A DNA stretch of 64,000 nucleotides from Rhizophagus irregularis (GCF_026210795.1 NC_089434.1:3286001-3350000), one strand, 5' to 3'. Shown: positions 10,690 to 25,713, numbered from the stretch's first letter. Notes: a model not told the origin generated them from the letters alone. Numbers and translations: made by a program.

Positions 10690-10992
10690 CCGTATATCAC
10701 GCCATCGTACTACGCATGTATCCTCCCTTGAAAAATTTCATAAAATTGTATAGTACCCGGGGTTATTTTACAATTATCTCGTGATCTAGTGATCAGATTT
10801 GAGCCATCTTTTTTTGTTTGATAGCTCTTATTGAGCTTTTTAAAATAAAAAAAAGATCGTTCAAATTGGACTGGTAGATTGTGAGATATTCGCAAAAAAC
10901 AGAATTTTAGGCTTTGTTTAGTACCTGAAGGTACAGGGTCAAACCCCTGATTTTTGCAAGATACCTGGGGTACTGTGGCTCGCTATATACAG
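10690..10992. mobile_element. Degenerate TA-flanked MITE (Tc1/mariner-like)
   Basis: TA|CCGTATAT...ATATACAG|TA with weak further TIR similarity. Shares the gatctagtgatca motif (inverted) with the 1894-2433 element. Confidence 0.5.
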
Positions 10993-11326
10993 TATATATT
11001 ATATAATATTAATATTAAATTTATATTATATTTACAGCATATAAAAAAACTCTTACTGGTAGATCTTACACCTAAAAAATTTCCCAAAAATAATTTTAAA
11101 AAAAAGTGACTTTGTCACTGAACCACATAAGAAAAATATATTTTTACTTGCAAAAATAGAACTCTTGACTTTTAGTCTACAATATTCAGAAAAGACCTGG
11201 AGTTTTTTAAGGAAATATTAGCTTTTTTCTTTTGTTTTGCTGGCTGTAGTAATAGTATTAAACTAGCTATGTCAAAAATATTCTTTCACTGCATAGAAGG
11301 GCTTGGGTCGCTTATATGGGCGAGTG

Positions 11327-11477
11327 TAGAGCTCCTAATGAGTCGAGTTGAGTCAAGTTACAAGTTAAAAACCTTAATTTTAAAGTACTTTTTATTAAGT
11401 TAGAATATAATTAAACGAAAATTTACAATTATACGAGTCAAAAATGCAAGTTTATGCGAGTCATTTTTAGAGCTTTA
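11327..11477. mobile_element. hAT-type MITE (151 bp)
   Basis: 8-bp TSD GGCGAGTG (11319-11326 and 11478-11485); TIRs TAGAGCTC / GAGCTTTA. Confidence 0.85.
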
Positions 11478-11599
11478 GGCGAGTGAATAAAAGGAATATA
11501 CTAGAAACATATTTATTAACAATAGTTAATAATAGTTTTTGCAACTTTATTATACAAATCTTTCAACTTTTTTTTATTCTTGGTGCTAAATTCGCTCAT

Positions 11600-12850
11600 A
11601 ATGATCGATATGAAAAAGAAATTATCTATCAATGTTACATACCTTATGGCTGAAAAGCTGACACATTTTAGTAGTACGAATAGATTATACAGTTCTAATA
11701 AGGGTAATTCTTATACATTACTGGATTTTGACTCTTTAAGGAAAAATAACATACAATTACAAGTGTTCACAAATAATCAACGAATTATAGACAAGTATAA
11801 ATAATTACATGACGTTATTAGTAACAGAAAGAATGTGAATGTTAGATTTCATATCTTCAAGTATCTGATTGCGGTAATGCTTGCATTACTAATATCACGA
11901 GGGATGAGAACCAAATACTTCAATAAACTGCGTGCTTTATTGATAGAAAAATATCAATTATTAATCAAATGATTAGAATTCACGTCATCCAGAAATAATG
12001 AAATAACAACCTACATTAGGTTTTCAGTCAGATATATCACATGGTATTTTAGTTTCAAATTGCCATGTAATATTTGTGCTATAACTATGTCAAAAAATAG
12101 AAAAGTGTATTGGAAATGTAAAAAACAGGTTATTCAACAATTACCTAAAGTCCCGTTAGAGAATGCAGTATTTAAAGATCTAATGTATAAAAAAAAGAAG
12201 GAAATTTATCTGCCACAAAGAGGGATAAGTTTCGTCAAACAGCTTGCTTATAAAGATAAAAAGCTTTACAAATATTATGAAGGCAGTACTCCTATATAAT
12301 ATTGAGTTATTTACTCTCATTATAGAGAAGATGACCTGAAACCTGGTACTAGAAAAGCTGAAATACTCATAAAAAGATGTGTTAGAAGATTAGCAAATAA
12401 TAAAAGCAAGTGGCAGATCTTAATAATAGTGATGTTTTATTAATACCACCCTCCCACTTATTTTACTATATATTCAAAATAAAAGAAGCAATATTTACTG
12501 TAAAGAAGTATACATTAAATCAAGTGATTTAACGCGGTTATATAGTGATGTCAGTAATAGACAACATTTTAATAATTTAAATGATGAAATTATCCTCAAC
12601 TATACCTATAATGAAGAAGACTTCACTATGATTAAAAATTTTAAAGAAAAACAGCTACCGGCTGTACGTATCCTAACTGATGAAGATTATAGATGATGAG
12701 CTACATGATGAATGTGTACACAGTAATATTAGGTTTGATATGTCAAGAATCGATCCTTGGTATATTAAATGAAGAAGTGAATTGACAGAAACTAAAACTG
12801 CTAAAAAGAAATGGAAGCAAGAGGAAAAAAAAAGGTTATGTAATAAGAAA
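11600..12850 (+). pseudogene. Decayed coding remnant, family unknown
   Basis: Protein-like fragments (CNICAITMSKNRKVYWKC; DDLKPGTRKAEILIKRCVRRLANNK) broken by stops. Confidence 0.35.
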
Positions 12851-12997
12851 TAGCATAGTTGTACCCAGCAGTTATAGAATAGAAACAGAACTATTAGTTT
12901 TTATTCATTAAAAATTTGATTTATATGTTTTTATCTTTTAGATAGAATTTTCATTAAGTTAAATATTCTACACCTTATAGTATTTACATGTAGCTAG

Positions 12998-13241
12998 TAA
13001 AGTTGCTGGAAAAACTAGGGGTTTTGGCAAGTTGGTGAAATGCTGAAATGATAAAACTTTGCTGAAACTATATGAAAGTCTTATTAAAAAGTTGGCAAAA
13101 CTTTGGAGAAAAACAAAATCTGGCGAAACTTATTATAAATGCCGAAACTGCTGAAACCTTGCCGAAACTATAATAAAACTATAGTAAAATTTTGGAGAAA
13201 CTAATCATAGAATTTTGGAGAGGTTTAGGCAAGCAACCTTA
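12998..13241. mobile_element. hAT-type MITE (244 bp)
   Basis: 8-bp TSD GTAGCTAG (12990-12997 and 13242-13249); TIRs TAAAGTTGCT / AGCAACCTTA; internal GC(C/T)GAAACT repeats. Confidence 0.85.
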
Positions 13242-16200
13242 GTAGCTAGTCAGTTTCTAGATTAGAAAAAAAAATACGGGCTTTAATTAAAGTTGCATTA
13301 GGCAAATTTTTAGGTAAATCTTAACAGTCACCTAAAATTTTTGGTTGTATCATTGTTTTTAATAGTGATATAAGCATCTAGGTGACAGGTTGACTTTTTC
13401 TTCAGAGAAGTAGTCTTTTTCATAATGCTTGGTTCTTATATATATTATATTTTTTCTTATTTTTATAAGTTTAGTATATGTAAGTAGGTGTAATTATATT
13501 AAGACAAATCGCATCTATAGAAATTAATAAAAAAAAAAATATTTACAGCATATTGATTTAATTTTAAAATAATATAATCTTCATCTATTTTAATCTTTAA
13601 GTGTTTAAAATCTAATATATTTTGAATATATGCCTTAATTACAAAAATATTATTTGCATTTTTACCAAATACTTTTGTAATAATTTGAGAAAGTAACAAT
13701 TATTATCTTCATTAAAACCATTAGACTTTATCACTTGATTTTTATATATATAGTAAAATCTATTTGGCTAGTAAATGTATCTACTTTTTCTAATTGACCT
13801 TTTAAATATAATCATATATGTCAACATATTATTCCAAATAAACTTTTATGATATGAATAATAATATGAACTAACCTAAATAATTATTATAATAAAAACTA
13901 TCCAAATTTACCTTTTTTTTAATTCTTCATTACAAAATAAATACAAGATGTTTTATTTAGTTAGTTATTCATATTTTTGCATTTTTTTTAAAAGTTATTA
14001 CTGCTAAATAATTTTTTATATATAAAAGTATTTCTTTTTTGGATATAAACAGTCATTTATTATTTTTTTAACTTTATATTTCACAAATTGCTATCATATA
14101 AATAAAAATTAAATAGAATATAAAAACTATGGTTTATAAATATATATACTACCACTTAGACTTTTTCTTCTATTTTATAATACTTTCCAACTTTTTAGTT
14201 ATAAATTTAATTTATTTAACTTGTGTTTGCATTTAATTTATAGTTCTTTCTTATTTTTGAAATATAACTATAATTTAATCATATATCTTTTCATGAAAAT
14301 CAAAAAGTCTCTTCATTTGGTTTTCAATAATTATTTAGCAAATTATTAGATATTAATTATTATTAATTATATTATTTTTGAAATATATCATTAATATTTG
14401 GTTGATAACATTAGTATGAATTTGATTTTGATTAATATCAACCAATAGTAAATATAGAAATTTATATTTCTATCCTCTACTATAATTGGTATTTATAATT
14501 CAAATGAGTTTTTTAATAATTATCATTTGTAATATTAAGTATATTAAATAATATATCAGATATAAATTTTGAAGTAAAAGATTTATCATTAATATTAATA
14601 ATATCATAAGTATCCATCATCTATAATTTTTGAAATAAATAGCTTCAGTTATTATTAGTCAAAGTTTTAGTGGGTGCAGATTTTGAATAAATGGCTTATT
14701 AGTTTTTCATATAATAATTTTCCATTTTTCTTTTCATTATTTGATGCAAAGTTTGTATTTGTTTCAAATAGAATTATGATTTAGATGAATTTAAAAGGAC
14801 ATATTTTGGTAATTATAGATTACATTTTTTTTTATATATTATAAATTGCATCCCAATACATAAACTAGTAATTTAAAAAATTACTATTTAATACAAAAAA
14901 AAAGAGAAAATAAAAATGGATTGATTTTTCATTTGATCTGATTTGAATGAATTTCAATCCATTTTAATTTTCTTTCTACTTTTATTTTTGAAGACAATTT
15001 TTTTATTTTATTATATATTGATAAATATTTATAAGATATCTAAAAAAAAATTCTTTTTATTAACTTAATATTTATAAAATGGCTGAAATAGTTTATTTAT
15101 AGATTAATAGATCGCAATTTTAGTTTCAAATTTATCAATAATCTAAATAAAAAAATATGTTGTATACTATGTATAAATAATGATAAACATTGTATAATAG
15201 TATTTACAGATTTAATATCTTACTGATCTTTTGCTTTATATTTTGAATCTGATCTAAGATTTTTTATTGTTTAAAAAAAAAAATTTAATAAAGTAATAAA
15301 ATAAAATAATAAAAGTAAAAATAAATAATATTTTAATGAATTTATTGTAAAATTTTATTTTAATTTATAAAAACAAAATTTAAAAATCTTTGAAATTTAT
15401 GAAAATAATAAATTGATTACATAATTAAATTGAAAATTCTAATTTTCTCAAAATTATATTATTATTTTAACTCCACCTTTTACACCTTTTACTATAAATC
15501 CATCTATATATTGCAATATTAATATAATTGTAAAAGGAGGTAAATTTTATAATCAGTTAAACTTATAGCTAAAACAAATAATATTTACATACTTGCATTA
15601 GTAGGTACAATCAAATCAATGCCATTTTCACCATTTACAATTATTTATAAATGGAATACTCCAATCAGTATTACTAATAATTTGTTATTAATCAGACTAC
15701 CAGATTTAACTATAATGTTATAATTACTTGAATGATAATAATAGCCTATTGATTTGTTCTTCACTAAGTTTTATAAGATTCAAATTATTTAATTTATCAT
15801 TATTTTTCAGATGTTCAAAAATTTATATGTATCCATTTTTCATATATTTCTTTGAGGTTATGGATTAATCAGTTGTAATGGAGATTATGGATTAATTGGT
15901 TGTTAAAGGAAAAGTTTTATTATTTTGAATTCTATATTCAATGTAAATAGTTGTTCTAGCTTATTTTGATGATAAAAAAATTGACTCTAATATCATTGAT
16001 GGTGAAGTCTTGGTCTTTGACTTTATTATAAAATATTCCTGTGTTACCTTCTAATTTGAAGTATATAAGTCTGTATTTAAAAATAGATCATTAGCATGAT
16101 ATTACAGAACTCTAACCATTGATAAATTACTTATCCATTATCACTAGCTTTTAAAATATGAAAATTTTCAACATTACAGTAAGCACAGTGATGCATTCTT

Positions 16201-17109
16201 TTAATTGGTCTTTGCTTATTCCAAATAAATCCCCTCCAATAAACATGGATCGTTCAGCTAGACAACATATCTTTCATTTTTTCTAACCTGAAAACAAAAT
16301 GTAAATGTAAGCGCATGAATGCATAGTAGGAAAAATAAAATGTAAAGGTGTAATGTAGATGTAAATGTAGAGGTAAATGTAGAGGTAAAATTAGAAACAT
16401 AACACTTTCTACAATGAAGGAAGAAACATAACTGTTTTCTCCTCTGGAAACAATAAACCTTCATTGTACCTACATTTCCACAATTACTTTATACTTACTT
16501 CACATTTTTTTTACATGTTTTTGGTATGAAAGAAAGAATCGTTTTTTGCGTGAGAAATATTCGTTTCTTGTATGAGAAAGAGAAGTCATTTATATATTTT
16601 ATATTACTCGATATTTTCAGACTTCTTTGACAGATAATTATCACCAAATATTATTAAATTGTGTGATTGAAATATTTGGACAACTTTCTGAAATAGTTGT
16701 TTAGAATGTTCCTTATAAAATTAAGGGAAAAATTTAATTACAAAGAAAGTACGTTCGCATTATTATTTGTTAAAGTAGTATAAAACCTTGTTAAAGACCT
16801 AAAAGGAATGAATAAAACTTATTTCTAGCAAGAAGTTCTCAGTGTAAAAAAAAATTTCAATCTACTTATCACTATATATCACGGGAGTATCACGGGCTAT
16901 ATTGATTTTTTCAATTATTCCGGATAAACTATATTCCGACATTATTCTTTTACCATATAATTATTTTGCAAAAAAATACTTCAATATTTTCTTTGGGAAA
17001 AGGACGTTATGGGCGCCGAATGAAAAAAATTTTTCTTTCTTTCTTTTAGAATGTAGCAATAGGAATATCATAAACATTTTTATTTACAATAATAAATAAA
17101 CCTTACGTA

Positions 17110-17586
17110 CAGTAGGCGATCAAAAGTATACGGACATCTCTCAAATTAAAAAAATTCTCATACATATAATATAAAATAAAACTAAAAATATATATTTATT
17201 TTATCTTCATTTATTGAATTACATAAAAATATAGGCGCTAATAATTTAATTTATGGCAGTAATTACTTCAATTTTCCATGCATCATATTGATTAATTTTC
17301 TTATATATTCTTAAGAAATATTTTTTTTTGTGCATTCTTTATTATTTTTTTCAAGTTAAAATGATAGCGAAGTATGTCAGAAAGTGGGTAAATAATTGTT
17401 TTTATATCTGCCCAGAGATTTTCAGTAAGTTTAAAATCAAGATTCCTAATCTTATGTTTTTGGCGATTTTAATTCAAAAATTAACTAAAAAAGGAAAGTC
17501 TCATGATCCTAAATTCAAAATCATGTGTTATTCATATCATATAATTTCGTAAAACAAGGTGTCCGTATACTTTTGATCGCCTACTG
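17110..17586. mobile_element. Tc1/mariner-type MITE (477 bp)
   Basis: Perfect 27-bp TIRs CAGTAGGCGATCAAAAGTATACGGACA, TA on both sides. Confidence 0.95.
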
Positions 17587-18213
17587 TAATTAATAATGAC
17601 TATGGATCCTTTGCAATTCTGAAAAAATTAATCTATTCTTAGCTCAAAAAAAAAAATTATATATGAATGATATTAGGATAAAAAGAATCCGAAATACCTA
17701 AATAGGATCAATTCTATTTGAATGACGTACAAAGGATCAATTCTATTTGATAACGTACAAAATAATTGGATGAATACCTAAATAGGATTAGTCTAAACAG
17801 CCTTTTTTTTTAAGACTCACTTTGGAAGTTATAAATTCATTGATAGATTAAAATAATTTACGTTATTAAATATAAAGGAAAAATGCGATGTAATGTAAAA
17901 AAAATATATTACTATAAATTTTTTCAAGTAAGGGATCACAAAACCGGTTAAATATTGCGATATTAAAAAATACTATATAAACAATACCCTTTGGCAAATT
18001 TTTAAAAAATAACAAAAAGAATTTTATTTTTTTTGTTCTGAAAATTGGAAGTTTCTTTCTCCTTCAAATCATTTTCTTCTACGAATTCCATTAGTTATTT
18101 CTTAAGATACAAAGTATCACATATTTGGTTCAATTATTGAAGAAAAATTATTATATTTTGAGAAACCATTTTTAACTTACTTCAGAATATTTTATTGTGC
18201 AAAAGTTTTTACG

Positions 18214-18774
18214 ATGGCTCATGGATCCGATTTGGATTTTACTGAAATTATTAATAATCATTTACAACAACCAACAAATGTGATCCAAATGGGACATACT
18301 CAAATGGAATATAACCAAATAGAACATAATCAAATGGAATATATCCCAAATGTTCCATATAATAATAACTTTAATATTTCTCGCGACTCTTCAGATACGA
18401 CAACTTACACAACTAGCAATTACGAAGAGTCCTCTCTTATGGATAATCAACTTGGTACTTCAACTCAATACCATCATCCTACGTTCACTACATCATATCA
18501 CGTGCCGCAATATAACTCTCCTCTTGATGACATTCAATCCCAAAATAACTACTCATCAGTTAATTCTCCTCAATCGAATAATTCTGAAATCTTTAAACTT
18601 AGTATTCCCGGATTTAAAATTATCGTTATACCTAATTCTGTAAATTTAGCTAATTTGGATTTACAAAATTTGTTTCCACAAGACTCAACCCCAAATATCG
18701 TTACTGAAAACTCGCAAACTCTCTTTCAAAATACTTTTGGTTTAAATGATTCATTTGATTTTAATAACTTTTAG
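18214..18774 (+). CDS. N/Q-rich family gene, copy 2 (186 aa, intact)
   Basis: ORF track and paralogy. Confidence 0.8.
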   Translation: MAHGSDLDFTEIINNHLQQPTNVIQMGHTQMEYNQIEHNQMEYIPNVPYNNNFNISRDSSDTTTYTTSNYEESSLMDNQLGTSTQYHHPTFTTSYHVPQYNSPLDDIQSQNNYSSVNSPQSNNSEIFKLSIPGFKIIVIPNSVNLANLDLQNLFPQDSTPNIVTENSQTLFQNTFGLNDSFDFNNF

Positions 18775-18779
18775 TGACT

Positions 18780-20213
18780 AAACAATATTCTTTTCTTTTT
18801 TCTAATTTAATATTTTCTTAAATTGTATTCTTTAAATATTTTATTATGTAATCATTTTCATTATATTGTTTAATAAAGTTATACATATCTGACCAATTAT
18901 TTTAAGTCGCAGTTGTATTATATAATGTATTTCATATGTGAGTTTTTGCTTCCTAGCAAAAAAAGTTTTTCAATATACCCACTCTTTGACATGCGAATTC
19001 GTTTAAATTTAGGAATTAAAGTATCAAATACAATTCTCTTTGCAATCTTTAAGATATGATTCTAGAACTTTTACTAAAGTGCATACATAAACTATTTGAA
19101 TTGTGTGGCAGAATTTTCGGTAATGAAATAGAATTCGATGCTAACTAAAATTATACATTAAACCTTCTCATTTGACATTTCAGATTAATGATGTGAAATA
19201 CCAGAGTCATAAAAATAAAAAACCGCGAATGACATTTCTGTTATTAAATTATCAATGTCATATAAATAAGGACTTTTCAATATTTCCAAAGTTTAGATAA
19301 TTTTGAAATAATCAAAAAAAAGATTTATTTATCATAAAATGTATAGTTAATAGTATGTAGTAAAAAATTATTATACAAAGAAATGATCAAAAAAAAAAAA
19401 AGTATTGACAAAATGAATAATGAATAATTAATTGAGTTCATTGTTAATAATTCGATGTATACTTTTTTTTATTTATTTCAGTATAAATTTAAAATTTATA
19501 TATACTTCAAGCAATATACGCATTTGAAGTAGGGTCCCAAATCATTGAATTAAAAACTATTATTTAAGCGTAGCATTAAATTGCTGGTTTATGTATATTC
19601 CATTCCATTTTTAATAAGTAATAATTAGGACATTAGGACAAGATAGATATAATCAATGGCTTAAAGGGGAGAAACACCTCCATCAAATACATCGTAAACT
19701 AAAATATTTCTACATCCATATCACGTAAGCATGCAAAAAAATTCCTGTTGAACTTCAGTTCGTGTATTTTTTGATATATTTGACCACATAGTTCACCTTT
19801 GGGATTTCAAAGTAAATGACAGAGTTTTGTAACATTCTAAATTTTCAATTGGGTTCGTTCTATTATTGATAAATTATAAATGTCAGAAAAATCTCAAAGA
19901 AAAATATTATAAATTTGTGATAACGATCTATTACTAGCTAAAGGATCCTGACTTTTGATTTCAATTATATTGCAAATTTTGTGATGAAATTATTTTCATA
20001 TATTTCCGTTGAGTATGTTTAACCAATATCGTAAAATGAAAAAGAGCATCAAAAATAAGAGCTTTAATATTAAGGAAAGGTTCAACTTACCATTAGTTTG
20101 AGTAAAGTTATTTTTCCAACGTAACAAGACATATTTTTAATTAAAATAAATATTTTGCTTTCTCCCAAAAAATTATTAGAAATTAGGAAAATAAGTCATA
20201 CTATGAAATTAAG
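18780..20213 (+). repeat. Non-coding downstream module (type B)
   Basis: Copies at ~33920-35810 and ~36910-38070; shares blocks with type A; resumes at 24262 after the MULE insertion. Confidence 0.8.
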
Positions 20214-23200
20214 GTAAATTAACTATTAAAGTATCGGTATTATTTAAATAGTTACGGTATCATCAATTGACTCTGTTACGGTATGGTCATTTTTTTATCG
20301 GTATGAAGATCCATTTGTGCATCATACTGTACTTACACCTTTGGTTGTATAATATTAATACAACTGCCATACAAATATCGTACCTGTATTGTAAATATTG
20401 TAAACCGCAGTAATACAATAAATCTTGCCAAAAAATAAACATGTTGAAAAGTCTATAAGGAAAAATGAAATTAAAATCTATGTAAAAATTAATAAAAAAG
20501 ATTTCTATTTGTATAAACAGTTGCTAATTTATGTATTAATTATTTTTATTTACATTTATTTTACAATATATTGTTACATTAATTATTTTGATTTTAATAA
20601 TTATTATTCTTCAACTGTAGCATATTGAAATTTGAAATATTTTTTTTTAAAAAAAGCTCTACATATTATATTATACATATTAAATCTTATACAAATTTTT
20701 GGCAAAGTAATAATATTTTTAGCAAAGTAATAATAGCATATTTCATTAATTATTATTTAATTCCATTTCCAACTTTTTAATCTGCAACTCTTTTAATTTT
20801 AGATCAATTTCATTCTGTTTGAGTTGCATTTTCCTCTCTTCTAATGCGATCTTGCGCTCTTCAATTTCCATTTCAGTGTCGTCATCATCATAATCAATCT
20901 TTGCCTTTTTTGAAGCGCATTGCTTTCCTTTACTGGTTGTTCTTTTGGATAGTTTTCTAACTATTTTTTTTATAACATTAAAACATGATAATACCCATCA
21001 TAAATAGCAATCAAATCATAAAGTTTATTACTTTACCTGATCTTTTATTAGCTTGCATTTTTTTACCAAAGTCACTTTTATCTTTACTAGACATAGGAAT
21101 GCCTGTTTGTTAATGTATTTTTATTCTTTTATAGATGCACTCATCATGTTTCCATCCCCTAAATATAAAAAATAAAATAGGTATTAAATTATTTATTATA
21201 TAATTATGCAGATAGTAAAAAATTACCTTAGAATTGCAATTTTTAATTTCAATGATTTGCCTGTTCGATTAATCATTGCATGAGCACTTTCAGCAATATT
21301 AGTATCAAATTGTGTTGTCTGCCAATCTTCATATGACATTAAGGAATAATGATATGTTAATGAACCCAGAACCCATGGTTTCTGATAATATTCTAGCCAA
21401 TCTAAAAAAAATAAATTGACATAAATTAATATAATTAATACGATTGATAATCTAATAAAGCAAAACATTATATACTTACTTTGTATACCATCTTCATTAT
21501 GCATTTTAATTTGTCCAAATATTTGATTAATTTCTTCAAAAGAATTTACTTTAAGAATTTCAAGCATATCATGTTTTGTATCTGCACAATAAGGGTAATG
21601 GTCAACATTTCTATAAAATTATAAAATTATTAGCAAAAGTTATATTATTAATTTAAAAAATATAAAAATCTTACTTTTTATAATAGATATGACATGATTT
21701 AAATACATATTGTAAATGTTCTTTAGCTTTTCGTGTAGGATCCATTTTTTTCATAGCCTTTCCTAATCCAAGGGCTTGAACTTGATTTAAATCAGCTAAA
21801 ACACAAACCCAACTATCACTATGTATATGCCGAAAATGGGCAGGCTTATTAGATAATTTTTTGACTATTTCAAAAAAGGTTTCAAACATTTTTTGATATG
21901 CCTCTTTAGTTGCAATATTAGTAAAAATTCTACAAAATGTTATAACTATAAAGAATGCATTTAAATTAATTAAGAATTATTAATAAATCAAATTGAAAAA
22001 TTAAAATTGTTAACTTACTAGTTCTAGATTTTTCTTCATATGCATTAAACTCTAATTCATTAATGTCACCATAAATACGTTTAAATGAAAAATCAACTTT
22101 GAAATATTTAAATTCAATGCATTTTGCTGCTTGTTCATTAGTCATACATAAAATCATTATATGATCATCATTAAAAAAACCTATTAAATTATTTTATATT
22201 ATATGTAAAGTAAATAATAAATATATTAATAACATTTTTACTTACTAATTTTTTGGATATAATTCTTTATTTCTTAAGTATTTTGATAAAAATCATATAC
22301 CACTCCAAGAATCCATTGACCATGTGGATGTTGCTGATTATAAACACATGCAATTAAATATTAAAGCTTGTTAATATTATTGAGAGAAGCATGAATTTCA
22401 GCTATCATTTCTGTTCCAAATACACTTTTAAGCAAATGATATTATTAAAAAAAAAAGTTAATAATAAGAAAATTTATAATGATATAGCATAATAAAATAA
22501 GTTAAACTAACCTGACACTAACTGCTATGCAGTTATATCTATAAGTTGTTCTTTAGAATTTTCAATTAGTTTCCTCAACTCTGATTTAATACAAATAGGA
22601 GTCTTAGATAAAGGTGGTGATAGATGTGTATAAATTCCTTTAGATATCAAAATTACAAAAGGAAATCTTTGCAAATTTAAAGGTGTAAGTATTTTGAATT
22701 CAACTGAACAAGGAAGTCATTTTAATTCAAGTTTTTGAGTTAAGCCCTGAAAAAGATGGACTGATTCTAATAAAAAAGTCATTAATTTTTTAATAAATAC
22801 AATTATATTAAAAAAAAAAGTGGAATTTATTTACCATAATATTTCTTATGACAACCTGTAGGGTGCAACATATTGCAATTTGTATCATCCTATATAAATT
22901 AAATAAATAAAAAACAATTCATAAATTAGTAAAGTTATAAATTATTATATATTAATAAAAAAGTAATGAAAATGCATACTTTCTGATCTAAAATTTTTCT
23001 CTGATTTGCAAAAAGTGACTTTAAAAGATTAATATCTATACCAGCCTTAATTTGCAAAGAAATATGACCTTTTTCATTTGGTTTCCATTTATCACATCCT
23101 ATGAATTCACTCCATTGATTTGTAGTATAAACTAAATAGTGTTTAATTTTAGCTTTACCACCACAAGTAAAAGTATTATTTGGATAAGGATATCAGGTTT

Positions 23201-24261
23201 TTATTGCTGTTAAGTATTCCCTAAAAGAAAGTAAAGATTATTAAAAAATGCATTATAAAATTATAATTTGAGACTATTATAACTTACGTTTGAGTAAGTA
23301 TTCTTGTAATCCTATTTTCTGAAGTATTATTATAATCATCTTCACAGATAAATGGATTGGTTTCAAAATTTACTTTAGTATGTAATGCTTTCAAGATATT
23401 TGGACCAGCTAATTGATAAGTTTTAATGTCTCCACAATGTTTTATTGCCTTTTTAACCTGGATCCATTTTTTATTTTCTGGATCATCCATATCTTTACCA
23501 AAAAATGGACATCCAACATTAGAAAAACTACCGCTGTCATCACAGAGTGAGTATTGGATCTATTTTTTTTAAAAAAAGTGTTAATTTTTGGTAAAACATC
23601 TTTATATTAAAAATTACTTACATCACGAAATACTGCCTTAGGATCCTCCCAGTTTTCAATGTGATAAATATATGCAACTTCTTCTTCTGATGTTTCTGGA
23701 TATTCAATGGGAACTAGAGAGTATCTTACATCTTTGATTTTAGTATCTCTTGTAAATACTGCTATTTCAGATTCTGTATCATCTTCTGCATCTAAGTTAG
23801 TTTCAGCTGTCTAAATAAAAATGTATTTATTATTTACATCTATTACAATTTTTTTATATAATGATAATTTAATATTAATTAAACTTACAAATGGATCAAA
23901 GTTCAATGGTTCATCAAATTCATCTAAATTTATATATTCATATGGTGTAAACATTTTATTAAAAATGATAAAAAATAATAAGGTTAATAAGTTGGGAAAA
24001 AATTAAAGATGAAGGAAAAAGAAAAAGTTTAAATCAGCAAAATCATTATCGAGATTTAATAAATCTGATCATTTTTGGTACTAGATCTGCAGAAATGTTT
24101 CACAAATCAAATAAGAGCTAAGAATACAGGTATTATTTGATAAATATATCTAGAGGTTTGAAATTTTCCATTATATATCAGTATGATCAGTATGATTAGC
24201 ATAATTTTGTATCATACCTATATCTTATCAATATAGTACCGTAACTAAATACTATATACTC
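20214..24261 (-). mobile_element. Mutator(MULE)-like element inserted in the repeat module
   Basis: Interrupts tatgaaattaag|tatt (empty site at ~27400); ATTAAG at both junctions; subterminal inverted TAGTTACGGTA / TACCGTAACTA. Confidence 0.7.
20746..23954 (-). pseudogene. Multi-intron MULE-like transposase pseudogene
   Basis: Fragments FKVDFSFKRIYG..ELEF, VLADLNQVQALGLG, FKSCHIYY (CxxH-like, degenerate), DTNIAESAH, an upstream C...YTHLSPP Zn-finger-like stretch and a C-terminal coiled coil; in-frame stops (e.g. ~22275). Confidence 0.7.
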
Positions 24262-24926
24262 ATTAAGTATTGTTCATATTTTATCCTATAATAAATTATT
24301 TTTAATATAATTAACATTATTATCTTTTTCACTAAGGGAAAAATATAATTATAAAAGAAAGTGCATTCACATTGTTAAAGTAACATAAAAGACTTAAAAG
24401 TAATAAATGAAATTTATTTCTAGCAAAAAAAAAATTTACTTAAACTGTGTATCACATGAGTATCACAGGGTGCAAAAGTACCAAATATTTTTTTATAAAA
24501 AAAAATAAATTAAACTAAAAAAAGAATGTATTCATATTAATTCAATTATTTATAAATTTTTTTTTTCAGGTGAAACTTCTAATAATAGAAATTAATCAGA
24601 AAGTTGAAAATCTATCTTACTATTCAAATTAAGAATAGATATTTTTTTTTTTCAATACATTCTTGTTGATATTACTGATTATAAAACTGGTTATTTTGAA
24701 AACGTGCGTTGTTAAAAAAAAATATAAATACCCTTTGGCAAATTTTTTTTTTTTTCATTCTGAAAATTGAAAGTTCCTCTCTTTCAAATCATTTTCTTCT
24801 ACGAATTTCATTAATTATTTCTTTTAAGATATATAAAGTGTTATAACATATCTAATATATATATTTGGTTCAATTATCACTTTAATAAACTTCAAAATTT
24901 TTTATAATGCAAAAAAAGTTTTTACG

Positions 24927-25504
24927 ATGGCTCATGAATTCAATTTGGATTTTACTGAAAATATTAATGATGGAAACAATCATTTACAACAACCAACAAA
25001 TGTGATTCAAATGGAACATATTCGAATGGAATATAATCAAATAGAACATAATCAAATGGAATATACTTCAAATGCTCCATATAATAATAACTTTAATATT
25101 TCTTGCAACCCTTCAGATACAACAAGTCAACAACTTACACAACTGGCAATAATGAAGGATCCTCTTTTATGGATAATCAACTTGGTACTTCAACTCAATA
25201 CTATCATCCTATGTTCACTACATTGTATCATGCATCGCAGTATAACTCTCCATTTGATGATATTCAATTCCAAAATAACTTCTCATCAGTTAATATTCCT
25301 CAGATGGATAATTCTGAGATCTTTAGATTTAATATTCCCAGTTTCAAAATCATCGTTATACCTAATTCTGTAAATTTAGCTAATTTGGATATACAAAATT
25401 TGTTTCCACAAGACTCAACCCCAAATATCGTTACTGAAAACTCGCAAACTTACTCTCAAAATACTTTTGATTTAAATGATTCATTTGATTTTAATAACTT
25501 TTAG
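24927..25504 (+). pseudogene. N/Q-rich family gene, copy 3 (frameshifted)
   Basis: An 8-nt insertion (CAACAA-GT-CAACAA, 25120-25133) splits the ORF. Confidence 0.8.
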
Positions 25505-25713
25505 TAACTAAATTTCTTTTTATCTAATTTATATTATTATCTGTATTTTTTAAATATCTTATTATGTATTCATTATATAAATAAAGTTATATTTATTATC
25601 TTAAGTAGACCAGACTTATTATTTGAACTAATCATTACAAATGATATAACAATTTTTTTATACTGCTGCTTATATGCATTTTACGTGATATGTTAATAAT
25701 TTTAGTCCTTTAA

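Noticed and set aside
16295..16390. ATGTAGAGGTAA-type short tandem repeats and the 68-aa ORF over them
   Set aside because: Simple slippage repeat; the ORF is a by-product.
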